A DNA stretch of 12,885 nt from positions 1 through 12,885 of the forward strand of contig NW_021826502.1 in assembly GCF_006345805.1 (NCBI RefSeq), given 5' to 3'. A model generated the notes under the pieces. The model was not told where the DNA came from. It worked only from the letters and a program-made list of their open reading frames with translations, and did no database searches. The position numbers and the translations under genes were made by a program. Below are positions 1-8,497 of the stretch, one piece after another. Origin of the DNA: Octopus sinensis. Its lineage: Eukaryota. Within the stretch, counting starts at the first letter, position 1. Every line of letters begins with the position of its first letter.

Positions 1-43
1 AAATACCGCTAAGCATTTCGCACGGCGTGCGTGCTAACGTTCT
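1..43 (-). mobile_element. SINE family A, head fragment (cut by window edge), fused behind the tail of the next copy
   Basis: Reverse complement reads AGAACGTTAGCACGCACGCCGTGCGAAATGCTTAGCGGTATTT, which matches the family A head without its first ~15 nt. It follows directly after the tail of the 44-273 copy. Confidence 0.85.
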
Positions 44-273
44 TATTTGTATATTACCCATAAGGGAGTAAACATAGAGGGGACAAACAAGGACAGACAA
101 AGGGATTAAGTAGATTACATCGACTCCAGTGCATAACTGGTACTTAATTTATCGACTCCGAAAGGAGGAAAGGCAAAGTCGACCTCGGCGGAATTTGAAC
201 TCAGAATGTAACGGCAGACGAAATACCGCTAAGCATTTTGCTCGGCGTGCTAACGTTTCTGCCAGCTCGCCGC
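44..273 (-). mobile_element. SINE family A (tRNA-derived, Nin/Deu-like central domain), full length, tail type 1
   Basis: The minus strand has an A-box-like GCTGGCAGAAACGTTAGC and a B box GAGTTCAAATTCC. The central segment resembles the Nin/Deu domain motif GCCTTTCATCCTTTCGGGGTCGATAAA..AGTACCAG. The tail-1 segment (TTTGTCTGTCCTTGTTTGTCCCC...) is shared with many copies in the window. The exact family name needs a Repbase/Dfam search. Confidence 0.9.
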
Positions 274-290
274 TTATATTTCACATTTCA

Positions 291-468
291 CTTGACAAGT
301 GATGCTGGTGTGCTTACGTCCCCGTACCTTAGCGGTTCAGCAAAAGCGACCGATAAAATAAGTACTAGGCATACAAAGAATAAGTCCGGGGTCGATTTGC
401 TCGACTAAAGGCGGTGCTCCAGCATGGCCGCAGTCAAATGACTGAAACAAGTAAAAGAGTAAAAAAGT
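291..468 (+). mobile_element. SINE family B (CORE-type), 3' half
   Basis: Matches the 3' half of the full-length copies at 4712-5108 and 6014-6385 and ends in CCAGCATGGCCGCAGTCAAATGACTGAAACAAGTAAAAGAG. Confidence 0.85.
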
Positions 469-469
469 G

Positions 470-653
470 AAGTGTTTTCATCTATAACCCATTGCAGACC
501 TACCTATTGTGAGTAAATTTTGTAGGCGGAAACTACGTGAAAGCTTGTCGTAGATAAATGTGTTTCTACTTGTCATCCCACATCGCTTGACGACCGGTGT
601 TGGGTTTTTTACGTCCCTATATATTAGCAGCGCCGAAAAAGAGACTGATAGAG
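470..653 (+). mobile_element. Older, diverged family B-like SINE fragment
   Basis: Degenerate similarity to the family B body (TTGTGAGT...GTAGGCGGAAACT, CATCGCTTGACGACCGGTGTTGG, TTACGTCCC, AAAAGAGACTGATAGA). Confidence 0.65.
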
Positions 654-807
654 CTTTTCTGTCTTTTGAGGGTTCTATTCTATGTATTTAGTTTATATTT
701 CTAGCCTTCGTGATTGTCTTTTATTTCACTAGTTCCTTCTTTCTCACCGCGTTTTTAATCTTTGCCGAGGATTTGTAATGCATCTCAGTATTGTATGCAA
801 TAACCAC

Positions 808-941
808 ATTTGTCTTTCATCCTTTCAGGTTTGATAAAACAGGGAACCAGTTGGGTACTTTAGTTGATGTCATCGAGTTTTGCTCCCTAATCCCTCCATC
901 TGCTGGTCTTTTGTCAAAATTTCGAACAATTCTTATTATTA
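808..941 (+). mobile_element. Old family A SINE, 3' half with tail type 2
   Basis: TTTGTCTTTCATCCTTTCAGGTTTGATAAAA...ACCAGTT central motif, then a degenerate CAAAATTTCGAAC tail and a short ATT run. Confidence 0.65.
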
Positions 942-951
942 TCGTTGAAAT

Positions 952-3109
952 GCAGCGAGCTGGCAGAAACGTTAGCACGCCGGGCGAAATACGTAGCCGT
1001 ATTTCGTCTGCCGTTTCGTTCTGAGTTCAAATTCCGCCGAGGTCGACTTTGCCTTTCATCTTTTCGGGGTCGATTAAATAATACCAGTTACGCACTGGGG
1101 TCGATATAATCGACTTAATCTGTTTGTCTGTCCTTGTTCGTCCTCTCTGTGTTTAGCCCCTTGTGGGTAGTAAAGAAATAGGTATTTCGTCTGACGTTAC
1201 GTTCTGAGTTCAAATTCCGCCGATGTCGACTTTGCCTTTCATCCTTTCGGGGTCGATAAATTAAGTACTAGTCAGGCACTGGCGTCGATGTAATCGACTT
1301 AATCCGTTTGTCTGTCCTTGTTTGTCACCCCTGTGTTTAGCCCCTTGTTCTGAGTTCAAATTCCGCCAATGTCAATTGTACTTTCATCCATTTGGGGTAG
1401 ATAATATAAGTACCAGTTGAACCCGTGGGTCGATGTAATCGACTGGCCCCCACCTCCCTCAAAATTTCGGACCTTGTGCCTAGAGTAGAAAAGACTACGT
1501 TCTGAGTTCAAATTTCACCGAGGTCGACCTTGCCTTTCATCCTTTCAGGATCGATTAAATATGTACCAGTTACGCATTGGGATTGATGTAAGTGACTTAA
1601 TCCTTTCCTCCAAATTTGAGGCCTTGTGCTTCCAGTAGAAAGAATTGGGCGTAATGCTTGGCGGCATTTCGTTTGTCTTTACGTTCAGAGTTCAAATGCC
1701 GCCGTGGTCGATTTTGACTTTCATCTTTCGGGGTCGATAAATCAAGTACCATATACGCACTGGGGTCCCTTAGTTGATAAGGTGGTGATCTAGCAGAATC
1801 ATTAACACGCCGGGTAAAATATTTAGCGACATTTCGTCCGTCTTTACGTTGTGTTCAAATTCCTCCGGGGTCGACTTTGCCTTTCATCCTCTTCGGGGTC
1901 GATGAAATAAGTACTAGTTATGTAATGAGCCCATATAATCGACAAGCCCCATCACCCCAAAATGTCAGACCTTGTGCCAAAGTTGAAAGGATTATTATTA
2001 TTATTATTATATTAGTAAGTTTGAGTTGGTAGAATAGTGAGCACGCCTGACTAAATTCTTGATAAGGCGGTGGGCTGGTAGAGTTGTAAGAATGCCGGAC
2101 ACAATGTTTAGCAGTGTTGTGTTCATCTATGTTCTAAGTTCAAATTCTGCTGAGGTCGACTTTGCCTTTCGTCTTTTCTGAGTCTATATGAATAATATTT
2201 GAGTACTGAGGTAGATTTTAATAGACAAAAAACTTGCCCAAAATTTCAGACCGTAGGGCGATAATAATAAAGATTATTATTGTTGGTAAGGCGGCAAGCT
2301 GCAGTATTTTTAACAGCCGGACAAAATGCAGAGCTGTATTTCGATCGTTTTTCCGTCCTGATTTCAAATTTTGCTGAGGTAGATTTTGCTATTCATTCTT
2401 TCGAGGTCGATAAAATAAATACCAATCTTTAGGCCTTGTGCCTATAGAAGAAAGAATTTTTATTATTGCTGTTGTTGTTATGAGGCGGTGTGATAGCAGA
2501 CACGTTAGCACGCCGGGCGAAATGCTTAGCGGTATTTCGTCTGCCGCTACATTCTGAGTTCAAATTCCGCCGAGGTCGACTTTGCCTTTCATCCTTTCGG
2601 GGTCGATTAAATAAGTACCAGCTATGCACTGGGGTCGATATAATCGACTTAATCCGTTTGTCTGACCTTGTTTGTCCTCTCTGTGTTTAACTCCTTGTGG
2701 GTAGTAAACAAATAGGTATTTCGTCTGTCCTTAGTTTCTTAGTTCAAATTCCACCAAGGTCGACTTTGTCTTTCATCCTTTCGGGGTCAATACCAGTTGA
2801 ACACTGGGGTCGATCTAATCGACTGCAACACGCCTCCCCAAAAATTTTGGACCTTGTTCCTAGAGTAGAAAAGAATACACCTACACTTTAATGCAGTAGG
2901 CTGGCAGAAACGTTAGCACGCCGGGCGAAATGCTTAGTGGTATTTCGTCTGTCTTTAGGTTCTGAGTTCAAATTCCACCGAGGTTGACTTTGCCTTTCCT
3001 CGTTTCGGGGTCAGTAAATTAAGTACAGGTTGCCACCGGGGGTCGATCTAATCGAATGGTTCCCGCTTCCCACAAAATTTCGGGCCTTGTGCGTGGACCA
3101 GAAAAGAAC
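952..3109 (+). mobile_element. Head-to-tail array of 12 family A SINE units
   Basis: Approximate units: 952-1180, 1181-1347, 1348-1495, 1496-1646, 1647-1768, 1779-1990, 2020-2062 (head only), 2063-2262, 2288-2455, 2484-2714, 2715-2876, 2893-3109. Each except the head-only piece has a B-box-like GTTCAAAT/TTTCAAAT followed by a GGTCGACTTTGCCTTTCATCC-like motif. All are on the + strand. Confidence 0.9.
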
Positions 3110-3139
3110 TTGCCGATATATTAGTTAGCGTGACAAACA

Positions 3140-3364
3140 CATGTAAAGGCCAAACCAGTATTCTGGTTTGGCGTATACAGTCCTCCGCTTGACGGGGCGC
3201 CGGTACATCACGCGATTGCTCATTGTAACCAGCTGAGTGGATTGGAGCAATACAAGATGAAGTGTTTTGCTCAAGAACACAAACCATCGCCCGGTTCAGA
3301 AATCATAACCGCACGCTTACGATCATGAGCCCGGTAACCCAACCACTAAGCCGCTGGTCTCCAC
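3140..3364 (-). mobile_element. SINE family C (tRNA-like head, CORE-like TTCTTGAGCAAAACACTT domain), diverged
   Basis: The minus strand begins GTGGAGACCAGCGGCTTAGTGGTTGGG (A-box-like), then TGTGTTCTTGAGCAAAACACTTCATCTTGTATTGCTCCAATCCACTCAGCTGG. A perfect 10-bp stem-loop lies near the 3' end (3149-3172). Confidence 0.65.
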
Positions 3365-3457
3365 ATACTAGTATTTTAGGAATCATTAGTCTGACTAAAG
3401 AATGCAGTAATCATGAATGGAACATTTTTGATCGGAGTTACTCTTCTTTGAGCTATA

Positions 3458-3564
3458 GTTGTTGTTTTTGTTGTTATTATTATTATTATTATTATCATTA
3501 TTATTATTATTATTATTATGTTGTTTTTGTTGTTGTTTTTGTTGTTGTTGTTGTTTTTGTTGTT
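3458..3564 (+). repeat. Compound (GTT)n/(ATT)n microsatellite
   Basis: Read directly from the sequence; abuts the head of the SINE at 3567. Confidence 0.95.
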
Positions 3565-3566
3565 AA

Positions 3567-3766
3567 GGCGGTGAGCTGGCAGAATCGTTAGCTCGCTGGA
3601 CGAAATGCTTAGCAGTATTTCGTCTGTCACTACGTTCTGATTTCAAATTCCGCTGAGGTCGACTTTGCCTTTTTGGGGGTCGATAAATTAAGTATCAGTG
3701 AAACACTGTGTTCGATGTAATCGATTAGTCCACCCCATACCCAAATTTGTGTCTATAGTACAAATG
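3567..3766 (+). mobile_element. SINE family A, tail type 2
   Basis: GGCGGTGAGCTGGCAGAATCGTTAGC head, TTTCAAATTCCGCTGAGGTCGACTTTGCC body, degenerate tail. Confidence 0.85.
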
Positions 3767-3780
3767 ATTATTACTGTTAA

Positions 3781-3960
3781 GGCAGTGAGCTGGCAGAATT
3801 GTTAACTAGTGGGACAAAACATTTAATGGCATTTCGTCCTTTTCTGAGTTCAAACTCCGCTAAGATCGAATTTGCCTTTCATCCTTATGAACATTAGGGT
3901 TGTTGTAATTGACTTACCCTCTCCTCCATACTTGCAGGCCTTGTGCCAAAATTTGAAATC
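3781..3960 (+). mobile_element. SINE family A, diverged, tail type 2
   Basis: GGCAGTGAGCTGGCAGAATTG head, GAGTTCAAACTCC B box, GGCCTTGTGCCAAAATTTGAAATC tail running into (ATT)n. Confidence 0.8.
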
Positions 3961-3961
<1 letters not shown>

Positions 3962-4011
<50 letters not shown>

Positions 4012-4045
4012 GTTGCTGTTGTTGTTGTTGATGTTGCTGTTGCAA
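3962..4045 (+). repeat. (ATT)n then (GTT/GCT)n microsatellite, expanded SINE tail
   Basis: Read directly from the sequence; begins immediately after the 3781-3960 SINE tail. Confidence 0.95.
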
Positions 4046-4064
4046 TTTTTCTTTGGTTGTCTTT

Positions 4065-4140
4065 TCAAGGCGTAACTATCCTGTCAAGGCGTTACCGTTT
4101 CGTTAAGGTGGGACCGTCTCGTCAAGGCGGGACCCCTCCA
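4065..4140 (+). repeat. Degenerate 19-bp tandem repeat, 4 units
   Basis: TCAAGGCGTAACTATCCTG / TCAAGGCGTTACCGTTTCG / TTAAGGTGGGACCGTCTCG / TCAAGGCGGGACCCCTCCA, with exact 19-bp spacing. Confidence 0.8.
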
Positions 4141-4321
4141 TCATTCTCTCAGACAGCGTAACTCTGACTATAGTATTGCATTATTCCATGCGACTGACGT
4201 TTAAGACGACAAGATGAGGCATGAGGGTAATATAGCTGCTATTTTAAGCAGAGAGATCGACGCCATGACGGAAGCTTCTTCGGTGGCTGTTCAGGGTTGT
4301 GGAAAGGACAGTGGTGAAACA

Positions 4322-4508
4322 AGGTGGTGAGCTTGCAGAAACGTTAGCACGTCTGTCTTCACGTTCCCAGTTCAAATTCCGCCGAGGTCGACTTTGTTTT
4401 TGCTCCTTTCGGAGTCGGTAAATTAAGTACCAGTTACCACCTAGTGTCGATCAAATTGACTGGCTCCATCCTCCAAACTTTCTGACCTTGTACCCAGAGA
4501 AGAAAGAA
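4322..4508 (+). mobile_element. SINE family A with an internal deletion in the head, tail type 2
   Basis: GGTGGTGAGCTTGCAGAAACGTTAGCACG joins directly to TCTGTCTTCACGTT, losing the CCGGGCGAAATG...ATTTCG segment. The B box and central motif are intact. Confidence 0.85.
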
Positions 4509-4533
4509 CGGTGGTGGAACTCACTCGCCCCGT

Positions 4534-4570
4534 TCTCTCTCTCTCCCTCTCTCTCTTCCTCTCTCTCTTC

Positions 4571-4622
<52 letters not shown>
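4534..4622 (+). repeat. (CT)n microsatellite
   Basis: Read directly from the sequence. Confidence 0.95.
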
Positions 4623-4711
4623 ACTCGAAAGAAAGGCAGAACAGAATTATGCTAAGGATATTATGATACAAGGATCCGAACATAAACAAATAATTAAACA
4701 CCCCATATGTG

Positions 4712-5108
4712 TTCTTCTATTCTTTTATTGTTTCAGTCATTTGACTGCGGCCATGCTGGAGAACCGTCTTAGTCGAACAAATTGATCCTAGGACTTATTC
4801 TTTTTAAACTTAGTATTTATTCTTTCGGCAATTTTGCCGAACCGCCAAGTTACGGGGACGTAAATACACCAACATCGGTTGTCAAGCGATGGTGGGGGAA
4901 CAAACACAGACAAACAAGCATATACATATGTTATATATATATATGCGACGGGCTTCTTTCACCTTCAAATTACCAAATCCAATTACAAGACTTCGGACGG
5001 CCCGAGGTTATAGTTCAAGACACTTGCCCGAGATGCCACGCAATGAGAATGGAACTCGGACCCATGCGGTTGGGAATGAAACTTCTTACAACACAGCCAC
5101 GCCTGCAC
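4712..5108 (-). mobile_element. SINE family B (tRNA head + CORE-like domain), full length
   Basis: The minus strand has a tRNA-like head GTGCAGGCGTGGCTGTGTTGTAAG...CCGAGTTCCATTC. A CORE-like GGCATCTCGGGCAAGTGTCTTGAACTATAACCTCGGG follows (compare the MIR CORE motif CCTTGGGCAAGT). It then has an internal TA/TG run and the family B tail. It resembles the octopus CORE-SINE described as OR2, but this is unverified. Confidence 0.85.
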
Positions 5109-5195
5109 ATATATGGAATTATATGGAACAATTTTTGTATGTATCAGCATATTTCATAAATATGAAAGATTTTAGCCAAAATTCACGCGCAGGTT

Positions 5196-5216
5196 CTTTT
5201 TTTTTTTTTTTTTTTT
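5196..5216 (+). repeat. Poly-T run (21 nt)
   Basis: Read directly from the sequence. Confidence 0.9.
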
Positions 5217-5276
5217 AAACACGCATTGACACCATCTAACACATACATGTGAATATAGAGTCACATAACCCCATGT

Positions 5277-5311
<35 letters not shown>

Positions 5312-5580
5312 CACATACACACATGAATAATCAGTAAAATATAAATATACACGCATATTCATACACAGCTACACACTTACGTAGAGATAGCTAGATAGAT
5401 GCATACATACAAGTATATACACTCAGACAAACACTTGAACATAATGAATTCAACATTTGGATTTTGTCATTTCTTTCAAGAGAAAGTCATCACTTATCTC
5501 CATAATAATGATAGAGCACGAAGATTGTGTGTACAAGAACATAAACGCGACTGCGTACTTAACTCGTTTGAGTTAAGTAC

Positions 5581-5756
5581 ATACACACACACACACACAC
5601 TCTCTCTCTCACACACACACATAAATATATATACATATATGCGTACACACACACATATATGTATATAAATATGTGTGTGTGATATATACACATATATATA
5701 TATATATATATGTATGTATACTTATATATATATATATCTATATATATATGTTGTAT

Positions 5757-5793
<37 letters not shown>

Positions 5794-5815
5794 CAATATA
5801 TATATATATATATAA

Positions 5816-5854
<39 letters not shown>

Positions 5855-5872
5855 GTATATACACACACACAG

Positions 5873-5918
<46 letters not shown>

Positions 5919-6005
5919 ACATACATATATATATACATATAAATTATAGTGTATACATAATATCATATAACACATAATATATATACACAGGGAGACATAT
6001 ATATA
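5581..6005. repeat. Large compound (TA)n/(CA)n/(TG)n microsatellite block
   Basis: Read directly from the sequence; source of the YI-repeat ORFs. Confidence 0.95.
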
Positions 6006-6013
6006 TTTCTATA

Positions 6014-6385
6014 TTTTACTCTTTCTCTTTTACTATGTTTCAGTATGATACCATGCTGGAGCACCACCTTATCGAGCAACTCGACCTATACTATTCTTGT
6101 AAGCCCAGTACTTATTCTATCGGTCTCTTTTACGAACCGCTAAGTAACGGGACATAACACACAGCATCGGTTGTCAAGTGCTAGGGACAAACACATACAC
6201 ACAACACACACACACATCATTATATACATAACATATATATAGACAGGCTTCTTTCAGTTTCCGTTTGCCAAATCACAAGGTTTTGGTCGGTGAGGTTATA
6301 GTAGAAGATGCAAGGTGCCAGCAGTGGGATGAACCAGAACCATGTGGTTGGTAGACAAGCTCCTACCATACAGCCACTCTGCGCC
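6014..6385 (-). mobile_element. SINE family B, near full length
   Basis: The minus strand starts GGCGCAGAGTGGCTGTATGGTAGGAGCTTGTCTACCAACCACATGGTTCTGGTTCATCCCACTGC and ends in the TGAAACATAGTAAAAGAG tail; colinear with 4712-5108. Confidence 0.85.
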
Positions 6386-6465
6386 TATGTATATATATAT
6401 ATTTTATATATGACAATACATATACACAGATATACATCCATATATTATATGAGTGTATATATGTC

Positions 6466-6536
<71 letters not shown>

Positions 6537-6812
6537 GAGAGAGAGAGAGTAGAGACGCATATGTATAGGAACTTATGTGTGACTATGCGCATGAGTCTAT
6601 ATGAAACGGTGATAAGCTACATAGATTTTGCTGATACGTTCTACATTTATGTATATATACGTGTGTATATTTGTATGTGTCTAATTACTACAGAAACATA
6701 CATATACGAGTGCATATGTGTGTGAATGTATATACACACGATTTTATGTACGTGTGTCAATGTACGATATATATATATATACATACATATATATATGTAA
6801 TATATATATATA

Positions 6813-6854
<42 letters not shown>

Positions 6855-6900
6855 TATACTACATAGACACCCATATACATACCTACATATATATAAATAT
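6386..6900. repeat. (TA)n, (GA)n and degenerate TA/TG-rich microsatellite block
   Basis: Read directly from the sequence; short unique interruption around 6555-6645. Confidence 0.9.
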
Positions 6901-7120
6901 GTAGATGGTTCGTAGTTCGTCGCAACTGAAGGCAACTCTCTTCAGCTGTGCAGTATTATTACGTTGTAATCATATTTGACGGTTTACAATTCAAGCAGCT
7001 GAACGCTATCTATTAAAATAGCGTCTATTATCTCACCTGCCATACCCTCCTTGTCTAAAAAAAAAAAAAGAAAAAGAATGAGTAGACATAATGATTATTA
7101 TATTTTATAACCATTTTTAC

Positions 7121-7660
7121 CTGATTAAGGTCAACACGGATTATCAAACAGAAAATGGCGGCCTTTACATTTTAGATAATATTACCTCCCCTTCTGTTCC
7201 TATAACCGAGATAAAAAAAAATGAGCAACAACCTAAACGAGCTCCATCGCTTTACTACCATCGCAACCACCACCATCACCATCACCAGCTCCATCTCTTT
7301 CTTACCATTATTACACTACAACAACCTAGCCGCTACCAGCACCCTTGGCTTGTTTCTAATTACCAACCCTGACTATATCGCTGTTATCTCGTCACTCTTT
7401 ATGGTGGCTGGATTGCTTGAGCGATATCAGAAAGCAAAAAAAGAGGTTTTAATCTAAAAGATCTTTTCCAAGCCGCCTAATCGTCTCTGCTTTATTCCTG
7501 TACGTTTTTGCTTTTTATTTTGTTTTGTGTTTTCCTTTTTCCTTTTTGTCATTCTTTTGTTTGTTTTATGATTTCATTTCTTTTTCTATACTTATGGTTC
7601 TTTATGCATGGAATTTCGCTCTTGTGTCACACCAACTAACCGCCCGTCACGTGCTCTGCA
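7121..7660. promoter_or_regulatory. Candidate promoter / 5' exon region
   Basis: A repeat-free island with a YY1-type AAAATGGCGGC (7152-7162) and an adjacent GC box plus E-box CCGCCCGTCACGTG (7640-7653). Motif evidence only; orientation is ambiguous. Confidence 0.3.
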
Positions 7661-7787
7661 CCTATCGAGTCTATCTAGCAGCCATTATTACGTTAAACGT
7701 TCGGTTACATTTCTATTTAGTCAAAACTTCTAGATATGAAGTTCTGCACTTTTATTTGCAGTACAAAATATAACCGCAGGCCGAAAG

Positions 7788-7869
7788 ATGCTCATTTCAA
7801 TAAGCAAAACCTTGCTTCTGGTGGCGATGATCGGGCAGTCAGCAGCAGATATGTGTACAAGATACTCGT
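7788..7869 (+). CDS. Candidate first coding exon with signal-peptide-like N-terminus (MLISISKTLLLVAMIGQSAA-DMCTRYS)
   Basis: Strong acceptor TTTTATTTGCAG ending at 7761, ATG with A at -3, a K / LLLVAMI / SAA pattern like a signal peptide, and a possible GTAAAT donor at 7870. Unspliced, the frame stops at 7905-7907 (39 aa). I recognise no homologue. Confidence 0.3.
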
Positions 7870-7964
7870 GTAAATTTTATACCTCAATCATCTTGTGTTC
7901 AAATTAAGATTTATCTCCAGAACTAAACTAACTCGAATTTTACTCTCGGTGCGAGTATGTGATC

Positions 7965-8130
7965 GTGTGTGTGTATACATGTATGTATATGTATATGTAT
8001 ATATATATATAATATATATATATATATAATCTATATATATATATATATATAAACATAGTAATATAATATATATCTATAATATATATATTGTGTGTGTGTG
8101 TGTATGTATGTATATATTTATATATATATA
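7965..8130. repeat. (TA)n/(TG)n microsatellite block
   Basis: Read directly from the sequence. Confidence 0.9.
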
Positions 8131-8191
8131 CAATGTGGTTGATATATATATATTTATATATCAACCACATATTGTTTTTTTATACTTACAG

Positions 8192-8218
8192 TTGTAAATG
8201 TCTCAATGACTGAAACCG
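8192..8218 (+). CDS. Candidate 27-nt micro-exon (xVNVSMTET)
   Basis: Acceptor TTGTTTTTTTATACTTACAG ending at 8191 and possible donor CCG/GTACTG at 8219. Only the phase-1 frame is open, which matches the phase of the 7869/7870 donor. Confidence 0.25.
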
Positions 8219-8462
8219 GTACTGAAATGTTTTTTATAAAATCATTTTAGCATTTTCTATCTTGACATTTTTTCCATATATATATACATACATACATTCA
8301 TATACACACACACACACACATATATATATATATGGTTTTAATTTCTGTCTTCAAGAGTTCGGTCATACAAAATTCTGACTGACTCCTTTTTCTCAATATT
8401 CAATATCTGTACACCATTTCAATCACTCTATATGTACACACATGCAAGCATGCACACACACC

Positions 8463-8497
<35 letters not shown>

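Noticed and set aside
2429-2891. Several 64-66 aa ORFs; similar ones at 791-1024, 4782-5218 and 11682-11930
   Set aside because: They lie within SINE copies, and the similar peptides simply reflect the shared repeat.
952-3109. Regularly repeated units that might suggest a CRISPR array or tRNA cluster
   Set aside because: The units are 120-230 bp SINE monomers with no unique spacers, in eukaryotic context. The heads have A/B boxes but an expanded interior and no complete cloverleaf.
3262-4161. Poly-Y/I/L/N ORFs
   Set aside because: Translations of (ATT)n/(GTT)n tracts plus SINE sequence.
5399-6935. Many YI/IY-repeat ORFs on both strands
   Set aside because: Translations of (TA)n/(CA)n microsatellites, which lack stops by construction.
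7004-7025. Small hairpin ACGCTAT...ATAGCGT
   Set aside because: A 7-bp stem is expected by chance in a 13-kb window.
7854-7871. CTRYSC has the C-x4-C spacing of vasopressin/oxytocin-family peptides
   Set aside because: It lacks the Pro-x-Gly-Gly-Lys-Arg continuation and neurophysin, and does not directly follow the predicted cleavage site, so it is probably coincidental.
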